Shown in pieces: positions 9,691 through 20,153 of a DNA stretch of 64,000 nt; position 1 is the first letter of the stretch; each line of letters opens with the position of its first letter. The notes under the pieces were generated by a model. The model was not told the DNA's origin. It saw only the letters and a program-made list of their open reading frames with translations, and made no database searches. The translations under genes and the position numbers were made by a program. This stretch comes from Hyaloraphidium curvatum SAG 235-1 (Eukaryota; Fungi; Monoblepharomycota), in the NCBI GenBank assembly GCA_025558095.1, contig JAIVFI010000016.1, forward strand, positions 248,001 to 312,000, written 5' to 3'.

Positions 9691-10938
9691 ATGCCAGCAA
9701 TTGCGGCACGAATGGCTGGCGTTGGGGATTCGCCCATTATGGGCCTGATAAAGCGCCTGGCCGCGGCAGAGGTCAAGCCGATTTCCTTCGCGTCGGGCCT
9801 CCCCGACGCGTCGCTGTTCCCGCGCGGCCGGCTCGCCGCGATCGCGGGCAAAGTGATCGGCGGCGAGCCGGGGTCGCTGCAGTACTCGGGCGCGGACGGG
9901 CTTCCGTCGCTGCGGGCGCGCATCGCCGGGATCCTGCGGGCGCGGGGCTTCGACGGCGCATCGGCCGAGGCGGTCGTCGTCACTACCGGCAGTCAGCAGG
10001 CGCTCGATCTCGCCGCACGCGCGCTGCTCGACCCGCGCGATGTTGTTGCGGTGGAGAGTCCGACGTACCTGGCCGCGCTGCAGGTCTTCGACGCGGCCGA
10101 GGCGCGGTTCGTCCCCCTCGATCTCGACAGCCTCGCCGAAGGCACCTCGGAAGACGCTGCCCGTGCCGCCGTGGACGCCCAGCTCGCAAAGCACAAACCC
10201 AAAGCCGTCTACCTCATGTCGAACTTCGCCAACCCCACCGGGGCGTCTCTCCCGGCCGCGGTTCGCCGGGCCGTCCGGACTGCCTGCACCGACCGGGACG
10301 TGTGGCTGCTCGAAGACGACGCCTACCACGAGCTGGCGCTGGACGGACCGGCGGGCACACCCGCGTGCGCCTATCCTGGTGGCCTCGGTGCGGTTTACAC
10401 CTCGACCTTCTCCAAGTCTATTGCACCGGGTCTGAGGGTTGGCTACCTGTACAGCCCCGACCACGAGCTGGTGCGCCGCATCGGACAGCTGAAGCAGGTG
10501 ACCGACCTCCACGCGTCGACCCTGGCGCAGCGGATGGTCGAGGAGTACCTCGACGATCCCGGCTCCGAGGCCGACATTGCCGCCATCCGCAACGCTTACA
10601 GGTCGCGGCGCGATGCGATGCTGGAAGCACTGGACAAGGAGCTCGGCGCCATGGAGCGCGCGGGCAGGGTGCGCTGGACGCGACCTGGGGGCGGCATGTT
10701 CATCTTCGTCGACCTGCCCGAGGAGGTTGGCGGCGAGCAACTGCTGGATGCCTGCTGGGATCAGGGCCTGGCGTTCGTTCCAGGAGATACCTTCTTTGCC
10801 GACACGGGCACCGGCCCGGCAAGGAAAAACACAATCCGCCTCAACTTTGTGTCGGAAGGGGAGGATCGCATCCGCGAGGGCGTGGCCATACTGGCGCGCG
10901 TGCTGAAGGGGATGGCTGAAGCGAATGGCACCGCGTGA
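9691..10938 (+). CDS. PLP-dependent class I/II aminotransferase (LysN/2-aminoadipate-kynurenine transaminase-like), intronless
   Basis: ISFASGLPD, LQYS, TTGSQQALDL, ESPTY, NFANPTG, EDDAY, PLP-lysine motif STFSKSIAPGLRVG, PGGGMF, IRLNF. Confidence 0.9.
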   Translation: MPAIAARMAGVGDSPIMGLIKRLAAAEVKPISFASGLPDASLFPRGRLAAIAGKVIGGEPGSLQYSGADGLPSLRARIAGILRARGFDGASAEAVVVTTGSQQALDLAARALLDPRDVVAVESPTYLAALQVFDAAEARFVPLDLDSLAEGTSEDAARAAVDAQLAKHKPKAVYLMSNFANPTGASLPAAVRRAVRTACTDRDVWLLEDDAYHELALDGPAGTPACAYPGGLGAVYTSTFSKSIAPGLRVGYLYSPDHELVRRIGQLKQVTDLHASTLAQRMVEEYLDDPGSEADIAAIRNAYRSRRDAMLEALDKELGAMERAGRVRWTRPGGGMFIFVDLPEEVGGEQLLDACWDQGLAFVPGDTFFADTGTGPARKNTIRLNFVSEGEDRIREGVAILARVLKGMAEANGTA

Positions 10939-11378
10939 AAGCCGTCGAGAAGCTGTGGAGGCGAGCGCTACACTTGAAAAGCCGAAGAGAAGCCACGAAA
11001 GGACCCAAAACCCCCCGCGCAAATAGAGCGTGTCTCGCAGGATTCTTCGAAACAGTTAAGTTTCCTGCAACGAAAATGGAAGGTGCGGCCCGCAGCGGGG
11101 GGCGGTTATTCTCAACCGCACTTGGGGACCTACCGTCCCGCCTCGACCGCTTTGCCGCCCGACATTCACCCGCATTCACAGCGGGAGCCATAAAAGCACT
11201 GCGCTACAGCGCCTGTCAGCCCCGTCAAGTTTCTGAAGTCGCACCCGCCTCCTACTTCGCAATCGCCTCCACTCTTTCGCCGCGAAGACCGTTTCTTCGG
11301 ATCCAGAACCTGGTGTCGTCAGAACCGTTCAACCTCGCACAGCCGCAAGCGACCCCACCGAGCACTCACAAACAAGAC

Positions 11379-12298
11379 ATGGGCGCCGCCGACGTCTTCG
11401 AGGACCACGCCTGGGCGCTCAAGCACGTGCGTTCTTGTTGCTCGGGTGGCCACGCGGGCGGGAGTCCTCATCGTCGGCCGTGACCTTTCCGCCTTCCGCC
11501 TCATCAACGGCTGTCACAAACAGGGCATCCACGAGGTTCTCCGCAACACCCTCGGGCAGACCATCAAGGTGCGCCGACACCGCGCTCTTTCTCGGCCTGC
11601 GGGCGACGGACGCTGACCCTTCCTGCCTCGGCAGCATGCCGATCCATCTCCCGCCGACCTGAGCGACTACTTGAGCTTCACGGATAGCTTCCTCCAGCTC
11701 CTACACCAGCACCACGATCATGAGGAAGAGATTGAGTGAGGATTCTGCGGCAACGCCCCCGGTAACTGCTCTGACCGGGGTGCAGGTTCCCCGCGTTCGA
11801 GGGCCGGGGCCCGTTCCGCTTCGAGCCCTTCCAGAAGGACCACGAGAAGCTCCTGCAGCTCATGGGCGACATCGAGAAGCACATTGCCGCCGCCAGGACC
11901 GACCCCTCGGCGTACTCTCCCCAGGCGTTCCGCGAGCTCCTCACGTCCCTGCAAGCACTGGTGGTCCCGCACCTCCAGGCCGAGGAGGAGATGTCGACGA
12001 CGGAGAACCTTCGTGCCTACTGCAAGGCCGAAGAGATTGTGGAGGTCGAGGACAAGATCATGAAGCACGCGATGTCGACGGACGGGACGATCTTTCCCCC
12101 GCTGATCCTGAGCAACCTCAAGCCTGGCGACAGGAGTAAGTGTGGACGTCGTCGGACTTCAACTGCCCTCATCATGTCCCCGCAGAGAGGTTTTTCTACC
12201 AACACGCGGGCTGGATGTTTGAGCACGTCATCTTCCCGTGGATCCTCTACCCGAAACACAAGCAGTGGTGGCGGAAATTCTCCAAGTACCCGCTCTGA
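11379..12298 (+). CDS. Hemerythrin/HHE cation-binding domain protein
   Basis: Spliced reading gives IHEVLR...LHQHHDHEEEI...FP...DHEKL...HLQAEEE; about four GT-AG introns; ends KYPL* at 12298. Confidence 0.8.
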
Positions 12299-12732
12299 TC
12301 GTTGTACGCACCTCCTGAAGCTATCTCTGAATACATTTCGTCGTTTCTTTTCCCCACGAATGAGTTTCCATTGAAATCGCATGGTCATTGATGTCTCGAG
12401 TATGCCTGCGAAACAAACCTGAGGGTGCTATCTTCGGCGAAGGCCTCCGCGTGTGATGCATCGGAGCACGGCCCGCCAATGACGATTTCGAGTGACGCGA
12501 ACACTTTTGGACCAGCCTTGAGGTCTACCGTCTATGGCCCGACCGTGGGCATAGAGATACAATACGTGAATCTAGCCGCGTCAGCCGCTATACGTAGCCT
12601 CGTTCTACCCCGCCTCCGCTTCTAGCCGTCTATGCCTCTAGACGTCCGCCGCCGGTCCCGGCGAGAGCGGGTGTGAGAGAGTCCGGTGCGAGAATCCGCT
12701 TTGCGAGAGTCCGATTTGCCCCCCTCGCGCAA

Positions 12733-14286
12733 TCACTGCGCCTTCTTGCCGCCCATCGCGACGGGCACGTACTCGGCCTCGTTCGCCCCCTTGACCATGA
12801 GCCTGCACGCCCACAGGATCTTGTAGTAGGAGAGGATGAACCCGACGTACGGGATCTCCTCCACCCTCTTGTGCCCCTTGGCCACGCCCGCGGCGGCGAT
12901 GGCGTCGGTCGCCTCGCGCAGGCGGTAGTGCGGGATCTCGCGGGCAAAGAGGTGGTGCACCAGGTGGGCGTCGGTGATGTTGTGCGAGAGGTCGTCGATG
13001 GGCCAGCCGTAGGTGCGGTCCACGGTCTCGAGCGCGCCGGCGGCAAAGGTCCAGCCGGCCTTGCTGTCGGAGCCCGAGAAGGTGTCCTTCCACGCGCGCA
13101 CCGACTCGGAGTGGTGCTGCAGGTACGTGACGATGGTGAGCCAGGCGTTGAAGATCATGAGGGGGCAGAGGTAGCCGACGAAGAAGGCGGACCACGAGCC
13201 CTGCGCCCAGAGGTACCAGAAGGCGGCGGGGATGGCGAGCGCGGATGCGGTCGAGATCCAGTCGCGGAGGTCGCCGCGGTGCACGGCCTTGGACTTGACG
13301 CCGTCCTTGAGCCCGATGGAGCCGACCCACGGCACAAAGTGCGAGCCGTCGCCGACGCCGATGAGGTACAGGTGGTAGGCAAGGAGGGGGATCCAGTAGA
13401 GCACCAGCTCGAAACGCGTGCGGGGCTCGTAGTGATCCTCGATGAACCACGGGTGGCTGACGTCCCATTCGACGTGCTGGGCGGGTGATGCGGGTGAGAA
13501 GCGAGCTGGGGATGACGAGAGGGCGCAAATCACCTGGTGGTAGCGGTGGTGGACCGCGTGCGAGTTGGCCCAGGGCTGGAAAGGCACGCCGAGGAACCCG
13601 TGCGACAGGTTGCCGATGATCGAGTTGAGCAGCGGATACGGCGAGAAGGTCGAGTGCCCGCAGTCGTGCCCGACGACAAACAGGCACCACATGAAGAAAC
13701 CCGTGACCAGGATCCAGGGGACGACCAGGAGGCGGGGCACCGCCGGGTAGACGGCGTACAGGGCGACGAGGATCGAGACGTCCTGCGGGAGAAAGAGCAT
13801 CAGGGTGGCTGCTTCGATCCAGCCGACAAACGAATGCCTCTTAGGCAGCGGCGGCGCCAGGATCGTGCAGGCCGGCGATATGGCGGCGGCGCCGGTCCCG
13901 CCACCGAGCCCCGCATTCCATTCCGTGAAGCCGCCGCCGCGCGGCCACGCAATCGGGCGGCGCGAAGCAAGACGCACCTGCAGCAGGAAGCCGAGCGACC
14001 GCAGCGTGTCCTTGTGCCAGCAGTCGGCGGGGATCACTTTGCGGATCTTCTCGACGAGCGCCTCCTCCGCGCGCACGTCGACGGGCGGCTCCGCGGCATC
14101 GGGCTGCTTCGCGGGCTGTGCGGCCTGCGTGCCCTGCGCCGCGGCGTCGGCCTTGCCGAGCACGCCGAGCGCCGCCGCCGAGAGGGACGACGCGCGGCGG
14201 CGGGCGGCCGGCGCGGCAGTCGACGCCGTTGCAATTAGCGCCGCCGCGAGCACGGCCGTCGGCGTGTCTTCAATCGCGGGCGCCAT
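12733..14286 (-). CDS. Delta-12/omega-3 fatty acid desaturase (FAD2/FAD3 family)
   Basis: His boxes HDCGH, HAVHH and HLVHH; TYLQH, TVDRTYG, IPHYRL; KKAQ ER motif; two in-frame introns (13783..13977 and ~13477-13533). Confidence 0.93.
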   Translation of the reverse strand: MAPAIEDTPTAVLAAALIATASTAAPAARRRASSLSAAALGVLGKADAAAQGTQAAQPAKQPDAAEPPVDVRAEEALVEKIRKVIPADCWHKDTLRSLGFLLQVRLASRRPIAWPRGGGFTEWNAGLGGGTGAAAISPACTILAPPLPKRHSFVGWIEAATLMLFLPQDVSILVALYAVYPAVPRLLVVPWILVTGFFMWCLFVVGHDCGHSTFSPYPLLNSIIGNLSHGFLGVPFQPWANSHAVHHRYHQVICALSSSPARFSPASPAQHVEWDVSHPWFIEDHYEPRTRFELVLYWIPLLAYHLYLIGVGDGSHFVPWVGSIGLKDGVKSKAVHRGDLRDWISTASALAIPAAFWYLWAQGSWSAFFVGYLCPLMIFNAWLTIVTYLQHHSESVRAWKDTFSGSDSKAGWTFAAGALETVDRTYGWPIDDLSHNITDAHLVHHLFAREIPHYRLREATDAIAAAGVAKGHKRVEEIPYVGFILSYYKILWACRLMVKGANEAEYVPVAMGGKKAQ

Positions 14287-14675
14287 CGGGTCTCGCCGCT
14301 CAGGTGCCCTGGAGAAGAGAAATCGGCCGGTTCGTCAGGCAAGACTGGCTGATGGAGCGGGGTGGTCCACGTCGGCCCCAAAAGTAGGTGCGAAGCTTCC
14401 ATTCTAACCGTGCCATGCCCTCCGGGCTTCCGGAGCGGATGCTGGCGCAGCCATTGAGCACGACGATGAACGCGCCCCTTCGAGCTGGACTCCGAGGGCC
14501 GAAGTTTTCACAGAGCGAGTGGCAAATACGGTCCGGAAACCTCCGGCCGCAAGGGACCGCGCGAGCCTAAATCCGCTCACTCGGAGACCACGGTAGCTCG
14601 CACAAACTGTTCGCTCTGCTGAAGAATAAACCATTACGACTCCTGATGGATGACAAAGGACAACTAGCGACCCGT

Positions 14676-16109
14676 TCAGCTCTTGAGAACCTCGCGCAAC
14701 ACCTCCTGCACGACCGCCTGGGCGGTTCCCGACGACGCCCCGCCCGGTGCGGGCGCCTCCACCTTGGCGACCACCGGCGGCGCCTCCTGCACGGGGACCA
14801 CGTCGTGCTCCCAGAGGGTCCACGACGTGATCTCCTGCTTCTGGAACGACCCACCCGTGCCGCCCGAGAACCCGACCCACGCCGTCCCCGTGTTGCCCAG
14901 GCGCCCCACGATCCCCGGCAGGTCCGCGATCCGGTGGCTGAGCACGGGGACGTAGTGGTCCGCCGTCTTCCACAGCAGCCTGAAGTTGCCCGCCGCGGCC
15001 GCGGGCGCGTCCGATCCCGCGGCCGGGGGCTCGGGTTCCCACAGGATCCGGACGTCGTGCGTGCGCCCGTCGTTGAACTTGGGCACGCCGCGGCCGGGGC
15101 CGGCCCAGACTACCGAGTGCTCGTGGTGCGACGTGGTCTTGGGCTTGCCGGGCCGGGGGAGGTGCAGCGAGACGTGGTAGTCCGCGGGGTCGGCCGTGTC
15201 GGGGTTGCGGTACGAGTCGAACTCGAGGGCCAGGCAGCGCTCGATCCCGGAGTAGCCGAGGCCGTAGCCGTGCAGGCCGATCGCGGCGTCCGACTGGCCC
15301 TGGACGAGGAAGGCGATCCCGTCGCCCCGGTCGCGCAGCATCCGGAAGGAAAACTCGCACACGAAGCCCTTGCGGAGGTTGATGGGCGCGGCGAGGTAGG
15401 CCGAGCCGGCCTTGGACGACGCCGCGGGCGTCAGGGTGATGGTCGACGTGTTCTGGCCCGCCTCGGCCGATCCGTTGAACTTGAGCAGCGGCGGAGAGGC
15501 CGCGATCGTGTCCGGGGCCAGGCGGAACACCCTCCGGCTCGTCTCCTCGGGCATCAGCCGCTCGAGCGCCACGTCGCTCCGCAGCAGCTCTGCCTGGCCC
15601 ATCCGGTTCGCCAGGCTCTGCCGCCCGCGGCGCAGCTGCTCGATCTCCTCCTGCGCGGCGCGCCTCTGCTCCTCCTCGGCTTTATCCAGCTCCTCGCGGC
15701 GGATCCGGATCTCCTCCCTGATCGCCCGCTCCCGGTACAGCCCGAACGCGATGAGCCCGATCGACGTCGATATCCAAAGCGTGAAAAAGAGCCCGGCAAA
15801 ACCGCGCTGGCGGTAGTAGACCCCCGTGGCGGCCAGCATCGACTGCACCGCCGGGTCCGCGGGGGACGGGCCCGCCCCTCCGCCTCCGGCGCCCGAGAAC
15901 ACGACCACTGTCGGCGCGCGGAACAGGTTCGTGACCGAATATATGACGGCCGCGCCGCCGCCGATGGCAGCGACCCGCGTCAGGGCGCGCTCGAACGTGC
16001 TGGCTGTTGCGGGGAGCACGGCGGCGGCCGAGACCAAGTTGGCCGACACGTCGACGAGCGAGCGCCCGACATTTGTGAGGTCCGCGGCTTGGAGGTCGAC
16101 CGTCGGCAT
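14676..16109 (-). CDS. Membrane-anchored L-type (legume-like) lectin domain protein with coiled coil
   Basis: FNGSA...LTPA...GSAY...GF..EFSF...GDGIAF...LALEFDSY.N...AWVGFSGGTG; preceded by TM segment FAGLFFTLWISTSIGLIAFGLY and an E/R coiled coil. Confidence 0.8.
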   Translation of the reverse strand: MPTVDLQAADLTNVGRSLVDVSANLVSAAAVLPATASTFERALTRVAAIGGGAAVIYSVTNLFRAPTVVVFSGAGGGGAGPSPADPAVQSMLAATGVYYRQRGFAGLFFTLWISTSIGLIAFGLYRERAIREEIRIRREELDKAEEEQRRAAQEEIEQLRRGRQSLANRMGQAELLRSDVALERLMPEETSRRVFRLAPDTIAASPPLLKFNGSAEAGQNTSTITLTPAASSKAGSAYLAAPINLRKGFVCEFSFRMLRDRGDGIAFLVQGQSDAAIGLHGYGLGYSGIERCLALEFDSYRNPDTADPADYHVSLHLPRPGKPKTTSHHEHSVVWAGPGRGVPKFNDGRTHDVRILWEPEPPAAGSDAPAAAAGNFRLLWKTADHYVPVLSHRIADLPGIVGRLGNTGTAWVGFSGGTGGSFQKQEITSWTLWEHDVVPVQEAPPVVAKVEAPAPGGASSGTAQAVVQEVLREVLKS

Positions 16110-16246
16110 TATTGCGAGCGTGCCGGAGTAGTCTCTTGGACCCTGAGGCGGTGCGGGGGATGTTCCCGCGTGATGATCGCGCGAACTCGCCGATCGGCTC
16201 CACCCTCGGCCCGTGCTGCCCCTGCTCCTAGCGCCCTCTGTGGAGA

Positions 16247-17493
16247 ATGTCGTCCACGGAGCGCCAGCCGGCTCCCGCCACGAACCCAATCACCCCTCCC
16301 GTGGACGTGCGGGCCACGGCCGCGCAGCGAGTCCAGCTCCTCAAGGAACACCTGTCGATCAACGCCGGCGCGGAGCCCAAGCCGTGGGACGCCTACGAGC
16401 AGAAGTGGAAGCTCACGGTCACGCCCTGGGCCGACGAGGCGCTCACGAAGGAGGAGCGGGATTACTACGACGCCAACGGCTACGTCGTGAAGCGCGGTCT
16501 CTGCTCGAAGGAGGAATGCGAGCGCTGGGCCGCGCGATTCCGGGACTACGCCAGCGGGAAGCTGGCCCCCGCGCCGGGGATGAACGTCATGCGCGATCTG
16601 GCGTACATAAAACGCATCAAGCGGGGCGAGCTGCCCCCGGAAATGATGACCTCGGAGGCTGCCATCTACAAGATCAATGACTTCCAGAATGACCCTCATT
16701 TTTTTGATTGGACCGCGCACCCGAACGTCGCCCGGGTGGCCCGGGCATTCTGCGGGCCAAATGTCAAGTCTTTGGACAATATGGTAATCAACAAGGGGCC
16801 TGATCTTGATGGTTTCGGTCATCATCCACTGCACCAAGATCAATCGTATTGGTGTTTGTCCTCTTCGAGCGCTGCTAAGGGCCCGACTGACCTTCTCACC
16901 AGGCCCATCGAGCCCGTGGATCGCATTGTTGGCGCCTGGATGGCCGTTGATCGTGCCTACAAGGCCAATGGTTGCCTCTGTGTAGTCCCTGGCAGTCATC
17001 GTTGGGGCCTCCTGCCGCACCGCGTACCTGACGTCGACGTCAACGCCGGCTTCCACGGGATCGTCCCTCCCAAGCCTCATACGATCGAGTCCCTCAATCT
17101 CGCAGCTCGTCTACGTCGAACTCGAGCCGGGCGATGCAGTTTTCTTTCATCCCTATCTGGTCCACGGATCGGGGCTGAACAAGACCCAGAACTTTCGCAA
17201 GGCTCTGACTACGCACTACACTGCAGGTAAGTGCCCGTCGGGCCACTCCTTGCATCTTGCTGAAGGCACGTTCAGCCGAGAACCACTTTGTCGACCTCCG
17301 CACCCACCCCAATGGCCGCCAGGCCAACATGCAGATCGCCAGCGACTTCGTTGCGCTGAGCAAGGACGCTGCCTACAAGGACGCATACGCGACCATGAAC
17401 CCGGATGAGCGGGACGAGCTCATGGTGCTCGGCCAGATCCTGAACTGGAAGTCGAGGAGCAGGCTGGTTTGCGGGGAGACCAAGGGGTGGTAG
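16247..17493 (+). CDS. PHYH: Phytanoyl-CoA dioxygenase (PhyH family), peroxisomal
   Basis: HPLHQD, NGCLCVVPGSH, EPGDAVFFHPYLVHGSG.N...RKA; PTS2-like nonapeptide RVQLLKEHL; intron 16852..16902; frame discontinuity near 17063-17105; further intron from ~17227. Confidence 0.88.
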
Positions 17494-17622
17494 AGGTTGG
17501 ATGGCCGAGACCTGTGTTGAAGTGTACAACGAACTACAGTGCTTGAGCATTCACTTCCCCCGTGCGCCTCTTCCAAGACCAAAAGCCCAGTTCGGATCGC
17601 CGTGTCCCTACAGCCTCAATCA

Positions 17623-20023
17623 TCACTCCCACCACTTCTCCTTGAACTCCGCAGCCGGCATCCCCGACTCATGCCTGTCTTCGTTCCCCGTGTCGTACCT
17701 CTCGAGGGTCTTGGTCAATCGCTCGATCACGGTGGCGTTCTGGTTCATGAGCAGGTTGCCGACGACGGTGATTGCAAACGCCCATAAGGAGATGGTGAGG
17801 ATGTTGAAGTACAGCCAGAACTGCCAAGCCGCAGCCGTCGTTGGGAACAAGTCACCGAATCCAGTGGTAGTGATCGAAATGAACACGAAGTAAACAGCCT
17901 GTGATTCCAAGAAGGGAAAATCAGACTCCTTGCCTGCGCCCAAAGCGTGTAATACCCACGTCCAGGTAGGTCCACCTCGGCTGCAAGGCGCAGAAGATCC
18001 CAGCCCCGCCAAGCCACCAGATCACCGTCAGCGCGCCCATGCCAATCGCAATCAGCCGGTCCGTCCAGAGCTGGATCGCCTCTTCCTCCTTGAACAAGTC
18101 GCCTGCCATAGCGATCCACGTGGCGCGCCGATTCAGCCGCTCTTTTCCGGGGTCGAGGCGCCGTGCCCGGGAGAGGCGCCGCTGCCGCGCAACCTGCGCC
18201 GGGGTGGCGCTTCCCACAGCTCGACCGTCGTCTGCGCTAGCGGCGTTCTGAGCCGTCCCGTTCTGAGCATTCCCCGATGCGGCCGCCTCGGCAAAGTACG
18301 CGGTCATCGGATCGAGCGACGTGCGCTGGCGCGCATTTGCGGGTTCCTTGAAGGCGATCCCCGGTGGTGACTTCGGCACAGCGCCGGGGCCAGAATCGGC
18401 TGGCGAAGCGTCCGCAGCGCCAACAGTCTCTCCGGCCGCTGGTGGTGCTTCCATGTCGCCGGCCGGTGCCGGATCCGCGCTTCTCTGCGGTCGCACGAGT
18501 GTGCCCACTTTAGGGTCTCCCTCTGCGGGTATCTGCCCGACATCGGCACCCCAAGCTTCCCGAATGCTCGGCACCTCCTCCCCAGTCTGCTGCACGTCCT
18601 TGGCGGCCCCAAACTCGTGGGCTCGCTCCAGACCGGGAGCACGGGCCTGCTCGGAGTTGTCTCCGTATGGCGACGTTGCAACGCGTTGCGACCAGAAGGA
18701 CGTGATGTCATCCGTGCTGCTGCTGACCGGATCCGGTGAATCGTGATCCGGTTCCATGTTGGCAGAGTCCGGCACGTCCGGCGACAGGGGGAGAGGGAGG
18801 GGTTCCATGTCGTCGACATCGTTCGGCGCCGGCTGCTCCCAAACGGACGCCGTCGTCGGAACGTGGCCGTTCCTGGCGGCCACCTCTTTCGCTGCGAGTT
18901 CGGTGGGAGGTGGTGGGTCCGCTCCCGGTGCCGAAATCTTGGGAACAGCGTCGCTCCTCGCTGCGGCTTGGACCCGCTTGATCCCCTTTTCGGGATCGTC
19001 GTAGAAGATGGTCCCAGAGGGCATCCGTCCCAGTGCGGTCTTGGCGCGATTCCGATCCTGGCGCTGCGCCGATATCTTGCGCACCCGGCTCTCCACCAGC
19101 GGACGCAGGTGCAGCTCGATCGACTCGACGAGCACATTCCGAATACTGAGGAGGTAGTTGAGCATGACCACCAGACCAACGCAGCCGTAGGTGATGACCA
19201 GGATCTTGCCGGCCTCTGTTCTTGGCGTATCGTTCCCGTAACCAATGGTCGTGAAGAAGACCACACCAAAGATAAGTCCCCGGTGGAAGTCCCACTTTTC
19301 CACGGCATCGAAGGCAAACGCCCAGGAGATCAGGACGACCAAGAGGATGAACGTGCTAATGATGAGCTCGCGCTTTGCGTAGCTGATGGTCTCAGGGCTT
19401 CCGAGCGCCAGATCAACGGCTCGAAGCAGCATCGAGGGCACAGCAAACGAGATCGTGATACAGAGGGCCAAGTAGAAGGTCGTGTTGGTGAAGCTGATGT
19501 CCAGGTCGATCGTCCGCTTGTTGAACTCGGCCAAGGCCGCGGAGGACATGGCGAGCTGCCCAGCAATGCAGAAGAACTCCGCGTAGTTCCCCGTCCGAGC
19601 CCGGAACCTCAGGCACCTCAGCACGATGAGGATCCACTTGACGATCCCCAGCGCCACCACGGTCCACAGCAGGCCCTGCTCCAACGGCGTGAGGAGAAAT
19701 GGATCGGGTCTGTCCACGTCCTGCCTCGGCTTCAATGTCGGCGGCAGTGCCCGTCGGAAAGGTCCCCCGCCGTCGTCCGTGATCTCCAAAGCCCAAAGCG
19801 GCTCCGCGGCGGCCTGCATCGCGCTGATAAACACCACCGCGTCGCACAGGGCGCTGAAGAAGAACGGGCCGTTCTCGTTTTCGGGCAGGTTCTGCCACGC
19901 CCAGCAGCGCCTCATCGCCGATGCGACGCGACCGCCCTTGTCCGCATTTTCCGGTTCCGTTGCGACTCGGCAGCCTGCGGCCACCCCTTCCGTCGCCATC
20001 GCGACGCTTTCGTGCCGGTCCAC
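17623..20023 (-). CDS. TOK1: TOK-type two-pore-domain potassium channel
   Basis: Four N-terminal TM segments, then two pore modules with filters TTIGYG and TTTGFGD; one intron ~17899-17960. Confidence 0.85.
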
Positions 20024-20153
20024 CCCTTCCGCAGCCGCCGTCGCCCGCGGTTCGGGGTGGACCCTGGATCGGACGGACGGAGGTTGTTGTTGACGACACG
20101 CGCGGGCGGCTCGTCAGCACCGTGTGTCCCCCAGCACTTGCGCGCTAACAGCA

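Noticed and set aside
14646-16490. Long overlapping R/P/A/G-rich ORFs here and at 39485..41578, 53130..55211 and 34738..36405
   Set aside because: These are alternative-frame or antisense artefacts of high GC3, with no motifs, and they overlap well-supported genes.
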